Shown one piece after another: positions 1 to 8,011 of a stretch of 48,366 nucleotides of DNA. Every line of letters begins with the position of its first letter. The stretch's first letter is position 1. Made by a program: the position numbers and the translations under genes. This stretch comes from Candidatus Aminicenantes bacterium (GTDB lineage Bacteria; Acidobacteriota; Aminicenantia; UBA2199). The stretch spans positions 1 through 48,366 of the forward strand of contig JAUWNT010000001.1 of the NCBI GenBank assembly GCA_030612495.1, in the 5' to 3' direction. Under the pieces are notes generated by a model that saw only the letters and a program-made list of their open reading frames with translations, did not search any database and was not told where the DNA came from.

Positions 1-3000
1 TCTTTTGTTATATCATATTTTTTTATAAGGTTGAATAAACACATTCTGCTGATTTCTAACTTTTTGGCTGCATTTACCTTATTCCATTTATTTTCTCTAA
101 GAGCCTCGATAATTAAGGACTTCTCAAAATTTTCTCTTAAAGATTTCAGACTTAAACTAGAATCAGGAATCGCATTTCTATTCTCTATTTCAAAATCAGG
201 ATAAAATGTAATCAACCTTTTAATCTTGGATTCAAGTCCTCTCACATTACCCTTTAAATCAAAATTCTCTAAATATTTAATGATTCTTTGGAATTCAAAT
301 TCATCTTTTAATTTAAAACCATGATTTTTCAAAAAATATTCAGTCAATAAAGGAATATCTTCCCTCCTCTCTTCTAAAGATGGAACTCCTATGGATAAAT
401 CCTGAATCCTGAAATATAAATCTTCTCTAAATTGGTTGTTCTTGATTAACTCATCCAAATTTTTATTTGTAGCTGAAATTAACCGAGCATCTACTTTTCT
501 TATTCTATTCTCCCCCAATCTTCTTATTTCTTTTTCCTGTAATGCACGCAATAACTTAGCCTGAAGAGATAAAGGGAGATCCGCTATCTCATCAAGAAAC
601 AATGTCCCATTATTAGCAGCTTCAATAAGTCCAACTCTATCTTCATTTGCTCCTGAAAAAGCGCCTTTCTTATTACCAAACAATTCGGCTTCCAATAAAT
701 TTTCAGGAATTGCAGCAGAATTTACAGGAATAAAAGGATTTTTAGATCTATTGCTCAACAGATGTACACCTTTAGCCACAAGTTCTTTACCTGTTCCACT
801 TTCTCCTGTAATTAAGAGGGAAAAATCAACCTTACTGACTTTCAAAATTTGCTCTTTTAATTTTTTAATAGCTTTAGATTCACCAACAATAAAATCCAAT
901 TTTTTATTAAGTTTATAATCACTCTCATAATATCTATAAATTAATGATGCAAACTTTTTAAAAAAGCCTATATTATTTTTATAAAGGTCAATATTAAAAT
1001 AATCACCTTTTAAAAAAGCTAACAAAAGTACACCAAATAAATTTTCTGAAATTCTCCACAAAAAAATTTTCGTATTTTTATAAGGGTAAAATATCTTTTC
1101 ATTAATTCTAACATTATTTTTAACATCTTCTAAAGTTAGATTCTGGTTTTCAGCTAAACAAATGGCTTTGTTCATAACTTCTTCTGTTATTTTATTGAAT
1201 TTTTCTAAATTTGAAAAATCAAATACAATTTTTTTATCCTCAAAAATTTTTAATTTTACTAAATCAGCACTTATATTTCTATTTAACTCATTTAAAAAAG
1301 ATTTAAAAAGATCCTCAGGAACTTTCCAACGAATATAATCATTAACCAATTCTGCGCTTTTAAATATATCATGTATTGAATCTATATCGTCAATGGATTT
1401 TTTTAAATTTATTATTCTTGATGAAATCTTCCTCTTATTTCGTAAAAAGAAATAATACATCTCTTTAAAAATTTCTTTGTCTTTTTCTTTTATCCTATCT
1501 TTAAAATTATCAAAACAGATATAGTAATATTCATAGAAATAATAATTTTTTATTTTTTTACTTAATCCCATTGATAAACTTCTCAAAGATTCCATAAAAT
1601 TTAAAGTTTTATACTTATAGATAAATAATGCAAACATCTCAAATTGGACTCTCTTTGACTCAATTTTTTCAATTTCTTTACTTATTGAGTCAATATTATC
1701 TAAAGCTTCATTTTTTAAAATCTTCAATAAACTCAAAACAACCTTTTGGTCTTTGTTTAATAGTTCAGAATTTTTTAACAAAAAATTAAAATTCATTTTT
1801 TTTGAATTAATTATAAAAATAATTTTCAACTTTAAAAACTCAGATTCAATCATACTGTTTAAGTTATTACTCTTTTTAAAAAAGGATCCAGATCTTTCTA
1901 CGAATTCTAACGCCTTTGTATAATTCTTCTTCATATATTTTAAATGAGATATATTATAAAAATCTACAGCAATTGAAGAAATATAATTATTCTCTTTATC
2001 ATATTTTAAAATAGATTTTAAATAATTTTCTGTTTCCCACCAATTACCTTTAACCTTATTGATCTCAACAAGGTTTGATTTAACTAGCATCTTTCCATCT
2101 TCACTGTTTTCACTAATAAATATTTGTAGAGCTTTTTTATACCAGAACTCAGCTTGGTTAAAATCATCTTGAAAGAAAAACAAATTTCCAAGGTCAACAG
2201 AAATCGAAGCTGAAATTAATTTAAAATTTTCAATTTCACTTCTAACATAAATATTTTTATACAACTCTTCAGCTCTATAAAAATCACCCTCCTCTCTCAG
2301 TAATTTAGCAACTTGAATCTTTGCTTCTATCTCTTCTCTGTAATACTTATTCTTATTTAGATAAGAAACAGTTTTTTTTAACAAATAATCTGCAGTCTCA
2401 TAATCCCCTTTATAAATATATCTTTCTACTAATTGAATATTTGCATAAAAGATATAGTATTCCTTTTTTATTTTTTTTAAATATTTATCTGCCTTTTTAA
2501 AGTCTGAAATTTTAACAAAATATATAAACCTTAAATAATAAAACTCATCTTTAAAATTATCTTGAATTTTACTTTCCATTTCCATAAGAACTTCATTCAT
2601 TTTTTTATAATTTTTCTGATATTTATATATATGAGCCAACTTAAGATCAAAAAAAACAGGGCATCTATCTTTATACTTAACAATTAACTCTTTTGATAAA
2701 TTTAAATCACTATGTTCTAATAAAATTTCAATAAATAACTCTATTAATTCTAAATCTTTTGACAAATCAGTTATATTTTTTATAACATTTTTCTTTAAAA
2801 AACTATAACTAATTTCATTATTATATTTATTTTCTCTATATTTTTTTAAGATACTTTTCAATCTATCCAACTTATTGGTAATAATCAAATATTTGATTTG
2901 TAAATCTAAAGAATCATAATTATCCAAAAACATTTTCAATAGTTCTTTTTCTTCTTTTTTAGTTACTTTAATATTAGAGGTGAGGAAACTATTATCAACC

Positions 3001-4202
3001 TCAATATTACCTGAATTTACTACCAAACATCTTTTCTTAACCAAATTTTTGACAACAATAAGGTCTTTTTCTAAAAATAACTCTCCTAATCTTTTAAAAT
3101 TAATCGGAAATGAAATTGATTTAAATATTTTTAACTTTATTATTTCTTCCTTATTTAATTCTATTTTCTTTTTATTATTATTTGGTTTTAAATACTTTTC
3201 TAATAAATTTTTCGGAGTTTCCCTTAATTCAAGATCAAAACCAAGTGAGTTACTACTGTTAAAAGCTATAAGTACAATATTTGAAATTCCCGAAGAATCA
3301 AGTAAATATTTAACAAATCCTACATCCTCTTTGCTTTTAAAATAATCAATTATTAAAACAAAAGATTTAAATGGAGATTTATCTAAATAAATTTTCAATT
3401 CATTAATAGTCTGTACAAAATCATCCTTTTTAGGCTCATTTTTTTTTTGAAAGATCTTTGAAATCAGATCCGGAATATTATTATAATTCCCATTAATATC
3501 AATAAAAAAGAGATCTTCAGACAACAAGTTTCTATATAAATTTTTTTTAATAATCCTCTTTTGTATAATACTTTTTGTATCAATATTTACCCTGACATTA
3601 AAATTATTTTCTAACTCACTAATGGGATATAGATTCAAAATATTCGATGCAAAATCTTTATAGCGATAAATATAAAAATTCTCAGTCTCAAACTTATACT
3701 CGTCAATTCTATTGAAAAATCTCATATAGTTTTTTTCGTTTACATCTTTAAAATATCTGTTCCCCTGGAATAATCTTAATACATTATCAATATTTAATTC
3801 TTTCTCTTTACATATACTTATAGAAAATCTCACCACAAAATCAGAAAAAATCTCAAACTTATTAAAATCTATAAAATCTAATTCAATAGACTTTGAAATC
3901 TCAAAAACCATTATAAATTGAACATAAAGCTTTTCTGCATTTTTTTTGCTTAGTTCGTGGATTCCCTCTATATTCGACTCATTCAAATCTTCCAATAAAA
4001 TATCTATTTCAAAATTATTATAACTATAGGAAATAATTTTCTGAAAAAAATTTGAGTTTATATCAAAAATATTATTCAGCCTTTTTAAGTTCGAATCGGA
4101 ATAAGGTATAACTATATTTTTTAAATTTTTAATACCTGTGCTTTTTATAATAAAGTCTTTTTTCTCAATAAAATCTTTATAAATTTTTTTTTGTTCCAAC
4201 AA
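1..4202 (-). CDS. Giant sigma-54-dependent enhancer-binding protein (>1399 aa, 3' end beyond nt 1): unknown N-terminal region + TPR repeats + AAA+ sigma-54 interaction domain + Fis-type HTH
   Basis: Missing from the ORF track because it has no stop inside the window. My reverse-strand translation is open from the TGA at 4205-4203 down to nt 1, and the Walker A codons are in frame with the TTG at 4199. The track lists no minus-strand fragments for 1-4200, consistent with one uninterrupted frame. Motifs read: LLITGESGTGKELVAKGVH (Walker A, ~783-806), ELFGNKKGAFSGA (GAFTGA-loop variant, ~648-665), GTLFLDEIADL (Walker B), RLISATNKNL, REDLYFRI, and C-terminal NKVNAAKKLEISRMCLFNLIKKYDI (HTH, nt 1-120). 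TPR-like repeats lie at ~1900-2700, e.g. LGNLFFFQDDFNQAEFWYKKALQIF. Start is TTG at 4202 or 4199, with no obvious SD. Confidence 0.85.
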   Translation of the reverse strand, partial: MLEQKKIYKDFIEKKDFIIKSTGIKNLKNIVIPYSDSNLKRLNNIFDINSNFFQKIISYSYNNFEIDILLEDLNESNIEGIHELSKKNAEKLYVQFIMVFEISKSIELDFIDFNKFEIFSDFVVRFSISICKEKELNIDNVLRLFQGNRYFKDVNEKNYMRFFNRIDEYKFETENFYIYRYKDFASNILNLYPISELENNFNVRVNIDTKSIIQKRIIKKNLYRNLLSEDLFFIDINGNYNNIPDLISKIFQKKNEPKKDDFVQTINELKIYLDKSPFKSFVLIIDYFKSKEDVGFVKYLLDSSGISNIVLIAFNSSNSLGFDLELRETPKNLLEKYLKPNNNKKKIELNKEEIIKLKIFKSISFPINFKRLGELFLEKDLIVVKNLVKKRCLVVNSGNIEVDNSFLTSNIKVTKKEEKELLKMFLDNYDSLDLQIKYLIITNKLDRLKSILKKYRENKYNNEISYSFLKKNVIKNITDLSKDLELIELFIEILLEHSDLNLSKELIVKYKDRCPVFFDLKLAHIYKYQKNYKKMNEVLMEMESKIQDNFKDEFYYLRFIYFVKISDFKKADKYLKKIKKEYYIFYANIQLVERYIYKGDYETADYLLKKTVSYLNKNKYYREEIEAKIQVAKLLREEGDFYRAEELYKNIYVRSEIENFKLISASISVDLGNLFFFQDDFNQAEFWYKKALQIFISENSEDGKMLVKSNLVEINKVKGNWWETENYLKSILKYDKENNYISSIAVDFYNISHLKYMKKNYTKALEFVERSGSFFKKSNNLNSMIESEFLKLKIIFIINSKKMNFNFLLKNSELLNKDQKVVLSLLKILKNEALDNIDSISKEIEKIESKRVQFEMFALFIYKYKTLNFMESLRSLSMGLSKKIKNYYFYEYYYICFDNFKDRIKEKDKEIFKEMYYFFLRNKRKISSRIINLKKSIDDIDSIHDIFKSAELVNDYIRWKVPEDLFKSFLNELNRNISADLVKLKIFEDKKIVFDFSNLEKFNKITEEVMNKAICLAENQNLTLEDVKNNVRINEKIFYPYKNTKIFLWRISENLFGVLLLAFLKGDYFNIDLYKNNIGFFKKFASLIYRYYESDYKLNKKLDFIVGESKAIKKLKEQILKVSKVDFSLLITGESGTGKELVAKGVHLLSNRSKNPFIPVNSAAIPENLLEAELFGNKKGAFSGANEDRVGLIEAANNGTLFLDEIADLPLSLQAKLLRALQEKEIRRLGENRIRKVDARLISATNKNLDELIKNNQFREDLYFRIQDLSIGVPSLEERREDIPLLTEYFLKNHGFKLKDEFEFQRIIKYLENFDLKGNVRGLESKIKRLITFYPDFEIENRNAIPDSSLSLKSLRENFEKSLIIEALRENKWNKVNAAKKLEISRMCLFNLIKKYDITK

Positions 4203-4210
4203 TCAATTAA

Positions 4211-7084
4211 CTATTCTATTTTATTCTCAATTTCCTCAAGTAATTCGGAAATATTACGAAAATTTTTATTTACTCTCAAAATCTCATTTGCTAATTTTCT
4301 TGCTGTTTCATAATCCTCTTTTAATTTAAATGTTATAAGAAGCTCATATTTCACAGCAAGGTATTCCCCCTCTTCTCTTCCTGGAGTTTCCATAGCTTTT
4401 TCAAACCAACTCAGCGCATCATCATACAGCCCTTTTTCTCTAAAGCACATTCCAAGTAATCCAGCTGAATCAAAGAATTTTAAAGGATGTTTGGAAGAAA
4501 TAAGAAACTCATGAATTGCCTCTTCTATCAATCCCATTTCTTTATATGCTATTCCTAAATTATATCTTGTATCATAATCTTCCTGTCCAATCTTCTCATC
4601 AACGCCTTTTCTGAATTCTTCAAAGATTTCACTCATGTTTTTTTCGATTGTTGAAGTTTTTTGCTTTTGAATCTCTTCAATCCAAGAATTAATAGATTCT
4701 ATTTCTTCAAACACACAATTTTCTGGCTTTAAGTAAGCTTCGTCGTCTAAAAAGAATTCCCCTTGTTTTAATATTTCTTCATCACTTTCAAGTGTAAATA
4801 CATCCTGATGAGTAATTTCCTCAAACGGAGATTCAACCTTAGAAACAGAATCCTCTTTCATCATAACATCATCAATATCCAAAAAATTACTACTTGAAGA
4901 CAATTCACGTTCTTCTTTTTTCTCTTCCTCCTCAGGTCCAAATGATGGAGATTGAATTATCTGATCCTTATCAACCTCAATTATTGGAATATCTTCTGTT
5001 TGCTCCGGTTCTTCCATTTCAATATTAAAAGAGATATCGTCAAGATCAGTAAATTCATCTTTTGACGATTTTATATCTAACTCTTTATCTAACTCACCAA
5101 CATCAATATCAATCTTTGAATCTTCATATTCCTGGGCTATATGACTTTCATCCGTTATAGATGATTCTATTTCAAAATCTTCTTTAACTTCTTCCGAAGT
5201 AACCGCAGACACATCTTCCTTAGATATTTTCTTCTTGGCTTCTTCTAACCTTCCTATTCTCAAAGCTAATTCTCTACTTTCAGGGTATTGTTTTTTTATT
5301 TTTTCAATTAATTTCTCAGCATCTCCAAAATATCCATCATTAATATAAAAATCCAATTCTGACATATTAGATGATAAATTTTTTAATACTTCTTTTTCTG
5401 GTTGAATATCTAATGTAGATTTATGTTCAACCTCTGAAAGGACAAATACATCACTATCCTTTCCAGTCTCTTCTGTAAAACCAACTTCTTCTAAACTTTC
5501 TGAATTTATTTCATAAATTTGTTGCTGCACTTCTTCCTTATAAAAGTTAAGTTGAATATTTGTTCTTTCATTTCCAGACAATTCAATCAGTCTTTCATCA
5601 TTCGGTTTAAGAGTAGATAATTTATTAAGCAATGTATTATATTCTTCATCTAAATTTTTTGACTTATACAATTCTAATAGATCAATACCCTCTTCAACCA
5701 ATAATTTAACATTATCTGATAGTTGATAAACATCAAATAGTTTTAATCTGGCTTCAATATTGTTTGGAAATGCATTCTTTGTTCTAGTCAAAACCTCAAT
5801 TGCTTTTGTATAATCACTAACTTTTATAGCATCTTCGACAATTCTCAAGTTAAAGCTAATAAATTCCTTCTCTTTCTCATCTTCTCCCTTCCCTTCTTCT
5901 ATCTCCTCTCCTCTCTTTTCACCTTCTAAAACCGATAGTTGCTCTTCATATGTAAAGGGAGAATCAGATAATTTAATCAATTGTTCTAAAACTCCTTTTA
6001 ACTCTTTGCTCATTCCCCTTTTTTCATATATTGGGATAAGAGACTCATATAAAGCTATCAAATTGTTCTTCTTTCCAGTTGATTTAAATAATGTAGATAG
6101 CTTCAATAAAGCAGGTAAATAAGAATTATTAGAAGCAATAACAAACCGCAATAAGGATGCTGCCTCTTCATATTTATTATCTTTAATGTTTTTCTCAACA
6201 AGTGGAAGAAACAAATTGTATGCTTTGTCATAATCTTCTCTCTGCAAATAGACTTTCCCTAATTTCATAATAACTTCTGTCTCTTCTGGATCAATATCAG
6301 CGATCTTCATATAAATTTTTTCAGCTTCATCCATTAAATTATTTTTAAAAAGCAACTCTCCTAAAATTTTCAATAAGTCAATATGCTTAAATAACTCTGA
6401 ACCAATACCCTTCAATAAATTAATCGCCTTTTGATCATTCCCCTGTACTTTATAGCAATAGGCTAGTTTCTCAAGTATCTTATAATCTTTTAACCTAGTA
6501 AATATATCTGAAAGTAAAGTTTCAGCTTTTTTAAAGTCTTTTTTATTTATCATTATCTCAGAAGCTGTCAAATATTCACTTATAGCATTTTGTTCCAGAC
6601 CTTGCTTAATATAGCTATCTGCAAGAAGAAGTCTCATTTTCATATTATTTCTATCAAATCCCAATATTTTTTTATACATATCAAGAGATTTTGTGTAATT
6701 ATTTTTACTTTTGTATTTGTCAGCAAGCTCAAGATAAATCTGTCTGGAATCTATTACTAATCCCTGTTTTGTATATAAATCTGCTAATTTAAAAAGAATT
6801 TCTTCATTATCAGAGTCAATCCTTGAAATACGTTTATACATAGCAATAGATTTAGAAAAAAATCCCTCTTTTAAATAATAATCCGCAATCCACTCAAAGT
6901 GCTTCATCGCCTCAGTTTTTTTATTTTCTTTGAGCTGAAGATCTGCTAAAATTCTTCTTATTTCAAGATCCTCTGGCCTAATTTCCAATATTTTTTCATA
7001 CTGTTTAATGGCAGGCTCAATCTTCCCCTGTCGGAAAAATTTGTTTGCCTGTTCTAATAAAATTACCCTCTTTTTTCCTGACAT
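4211..7084 (-). CDS. Large TPR-repeat protein (957 aa) with long D/E/K/S-rich acidic low-complexity stretches between N- and C-terminal TPR blocks
   Basis: The ORF-track protein shows TPR-like repeats at the N-terminus (AIKQYEKILEIRPEDLE, AMKHFEWIADYY, AIAMYKRISRIDSDNEE) and C-terminus (YNLGIAYKEMGLIEEAIHEF, GMCFREKGLYDDALSWFEKAME). The acidic region is roughly nt 4700-5950. Its stop lies 8-11 nt upstream of the EBP start, so the two are probably co-transcribed. Confidence 0.7.
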   Translation of the reverse strand: MSGKKRVILLEQANKFFRQGKIEPAIKQYEKILEIRPEDLEIRRILADLQLKENKKTEAMKHFEWIADYYLKEGFFSKSIAMYKRISRIDSDNEEILFKLADLYTKQGLVIDSRQIYLELADKYKSKNNYTKSLDMYKKILGFDRNNMKMRLLLADSYIKQGLEQNAISEYLTASEIMINKKDFKKAETLLSDIFTRLKDYKILEKLAYCYKVQGNDQKAINLLKGIGSELFKHIDLLKILGELLFKNNLMDEAEKIYMKIADIDPEETEVIMKLGKVYLQREDYDKAYNLFLPLVEKNIKDNKYEEAASLLRFVIASNNSYLPALLKLSTLFKSTGKKNNLIALYESLIPIYEKRGMSKELKGVLEQLIKLSDSPFTYEEQLSVLEGEKRGEEIEEGKGEDEKEKEFISFNLRIVEDAIKVSDYTKAIEVLTRTKNAFPNNIEARLKLFDVYQLSDNVKLLVEEGIDLLELYKSKNLDEEYNTLLNKLSTLKPNDERLIELSGNERTNIQLNFYKEEVQQQIYEINSESLEEVGFTEETGKDSDVFVLSEVEHKSTLDIQPEKEVLKNLSSNMSELDFYINDGYFGDAEKLIEKIKKQYPESRELALRIGRLEEAKKKISKEDVSAVTSEEVKEDFEIESSITDESHIAQEYEDSKIDIDVGELDKELDIKSSKDEFTDLDDISFNIEMEEPEQTEDIPIIEVDKDQIIQSPSFGPEEEEKKEERELSSSSNFLDIDDVMMKEDSVSKVESPFEEITHQDVFTLESDEEILKQGEFFLDDEAYLKPENCVFEEIESINSWIEEIQKQKTSTIEKNMSEIFEEFRKGVDEKIGQEDYDTRYNLGIAYKEMGLIEEAIHEFLISSKHPLKFFDSAGLLGMCFREKGLYDDALSWFEKAMETPGREEGEYLAVKYELLITFKLKEDYETARKLANEILRVNKNFRNISELLEEIENKIE

Positions 7085-7321
7085 TTTTTTATTTTAAAAC
7101 TTTTTCTATGAAACCAAGTTATGTTATTTGATAAAATTGTATTTATATGACTAAGAGTGGCATACCCTTTATTTTTTTTCAAATGATATTTCGGAAAATA
7201 TTTCGAAAAAGAGATTAATAAAAAATCAAGCCCCATATTATCTATTAAAACATAATTTGGAGAGATTTGCAATCTACTTATATCCATTTTCATAGATTTT
7301 ATTCTATAGCAAAATCACACA

Positions 7322-7870
7322 TTAACGAAGTTCTTTTAATCTTGCAGCCTTTCCCTTTAGTTTTCTGAGAAAATAAAGTTTTGCCCTTCTAACTTTAGAA
7401 CGTTTTTTTATCTTAATCTTTTGAACTAATTTAGAATTCAAAGGAAAAATTCTTTCAACAAATATACCAAAAGAATTTTTCCTTACAGTAATTGTTTTTG
7501 AAATCCCGGAATTCTTTAATGCAATCACAGTACCTTCAAAAAGTTGAATACGCTCTTTACCCCCCTCAATAACTCTGTAATATATTATAGCTATATCTCC
7601 AGGTTTTATTTCAGGAAGGTCATTTCTAACATCAATATAATAATTTAAATTATCTAAAGCTTTTAATTTATCTTGCTCCAATTCCTTTTCCTGATTTTTT
7701 TCTGTATCTTGGTCTGATTCAATTTTTTCTATTACTTTTTCCTTTATTTTTTCTTTTTCTTTCGGCTTTATATCAATCTTCTCCTCAACTTTTTCTTCAA
7801 TAATTTTAGCGGCTTCTACTTTTTTATCCTTATTTTCAACTGAGTTCTTTTCTTCCTTTTCTTTCGGCAT
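7322..7870 (-). CDS. rplS: 50S ribosomal protein L19 with ~70-aa K/E-rich N-terminal extension
   Basis: The C-terminal ~110 aa match the L19 core: PEIKPGDIAIIYYRVIEGGKERIQLFEGTVIALKNSGISKTITVRKNSFGIFVERIFPLNS...KVRRAKLYFLRKLKGKAARLKE. An AGGAG SD lies upstream of the ATG at 7870. There is no internal Met before the core. Confidence 0.93.
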   Translation of the reverse strand: MPKEKEEKNSVENKDKKVEAAKIIEEKVEEKIDIKPKEKEKIKEKVIEKIESDQDTEKNQEKELEQDKLKALDNLNYYIDVRNDLPEIKPGDIAIIYYRVIEGGKERIQLFEGTVIALKNSGISKTITVRKNSFGIFVERIFPLNSKLVQKIKIKKRSKVRRAKLYFLRKLKGKAARLKELR

Positions 7871-7908
7871 TTTTATTCTCCTAATAAAAATATTGATTTA
7901 AGTTTCCT

Positions 7909-7937
7909 ATTTTACTATTTTTTTGACCATTTTTCAA
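7909..7937 (-). promoter_or_regulatory. Candidate sigma-70 promoter for rplS (TTGAAA-17-TAAAAT), ~30-nt leader with SD
   Basis: On the minus strand, -35 TTGAAA is at 7937-7932, the spacer is 17 nt, and -10 TAAAAT is at 7914-9. AGGAG lies downstream, before the ATG at 7870. Confidence 0.4.
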
Positions 7938-7976
7938 CATATTTAGCTTTATTAATTTATATTTAATAATATCAAT

Positions 7977-8005
7977 TTGACTGAATTCTCTTATTTTGCT
8001 ATAAA
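7977..8005 (+). promoter_or_regulatory. Candidate sigma-70 promoter placed for a leaderless transcript of the protease gene
   Basis: TTGACT (7977-7982), 17-nt spacer, TATAAA (8000-8005), then 6 nt (atcaac) and ATG at 8012. No SD. Confidence 0.5.
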
Positions 8006-8011
8006 ATCAAC

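Noticed and set aside
2980-3345. 121-aa plus-strand ORF, the only track entry in the first 4.2 kb
   Set aside because: It lies antisense to the continuous minus-strand frame of the giant sigma-54 activator. Its sequence is low-complexity (L/F/S/N-rich), as expected from the reverse complement of AT-rich coding DNA, and it has no SD.
7140-7175. TGGCAT at ~7158, examined as a possible sigma-54 (-24/-12) promoter. Other TGGCA occurrences examined: ~13244, ~15915, ~17883, ~25126, ~40125.
   Set aside because: None has the GG-N10-GC spacing with a TTGC -12 element in the right orientation upstream of a gene. I found no convincing sigma-54 promoter in this window despite the EBP gene.
7063-7293. 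76-aa minus-strand ORF filling the rplS-TPR gap
   Set aside because: It has no SD, overlaps the TPR gene start by 22 nt, and has a hydrophobic/low-complexity composition with no recognisable motif. It may still be real, but I cannot support it.
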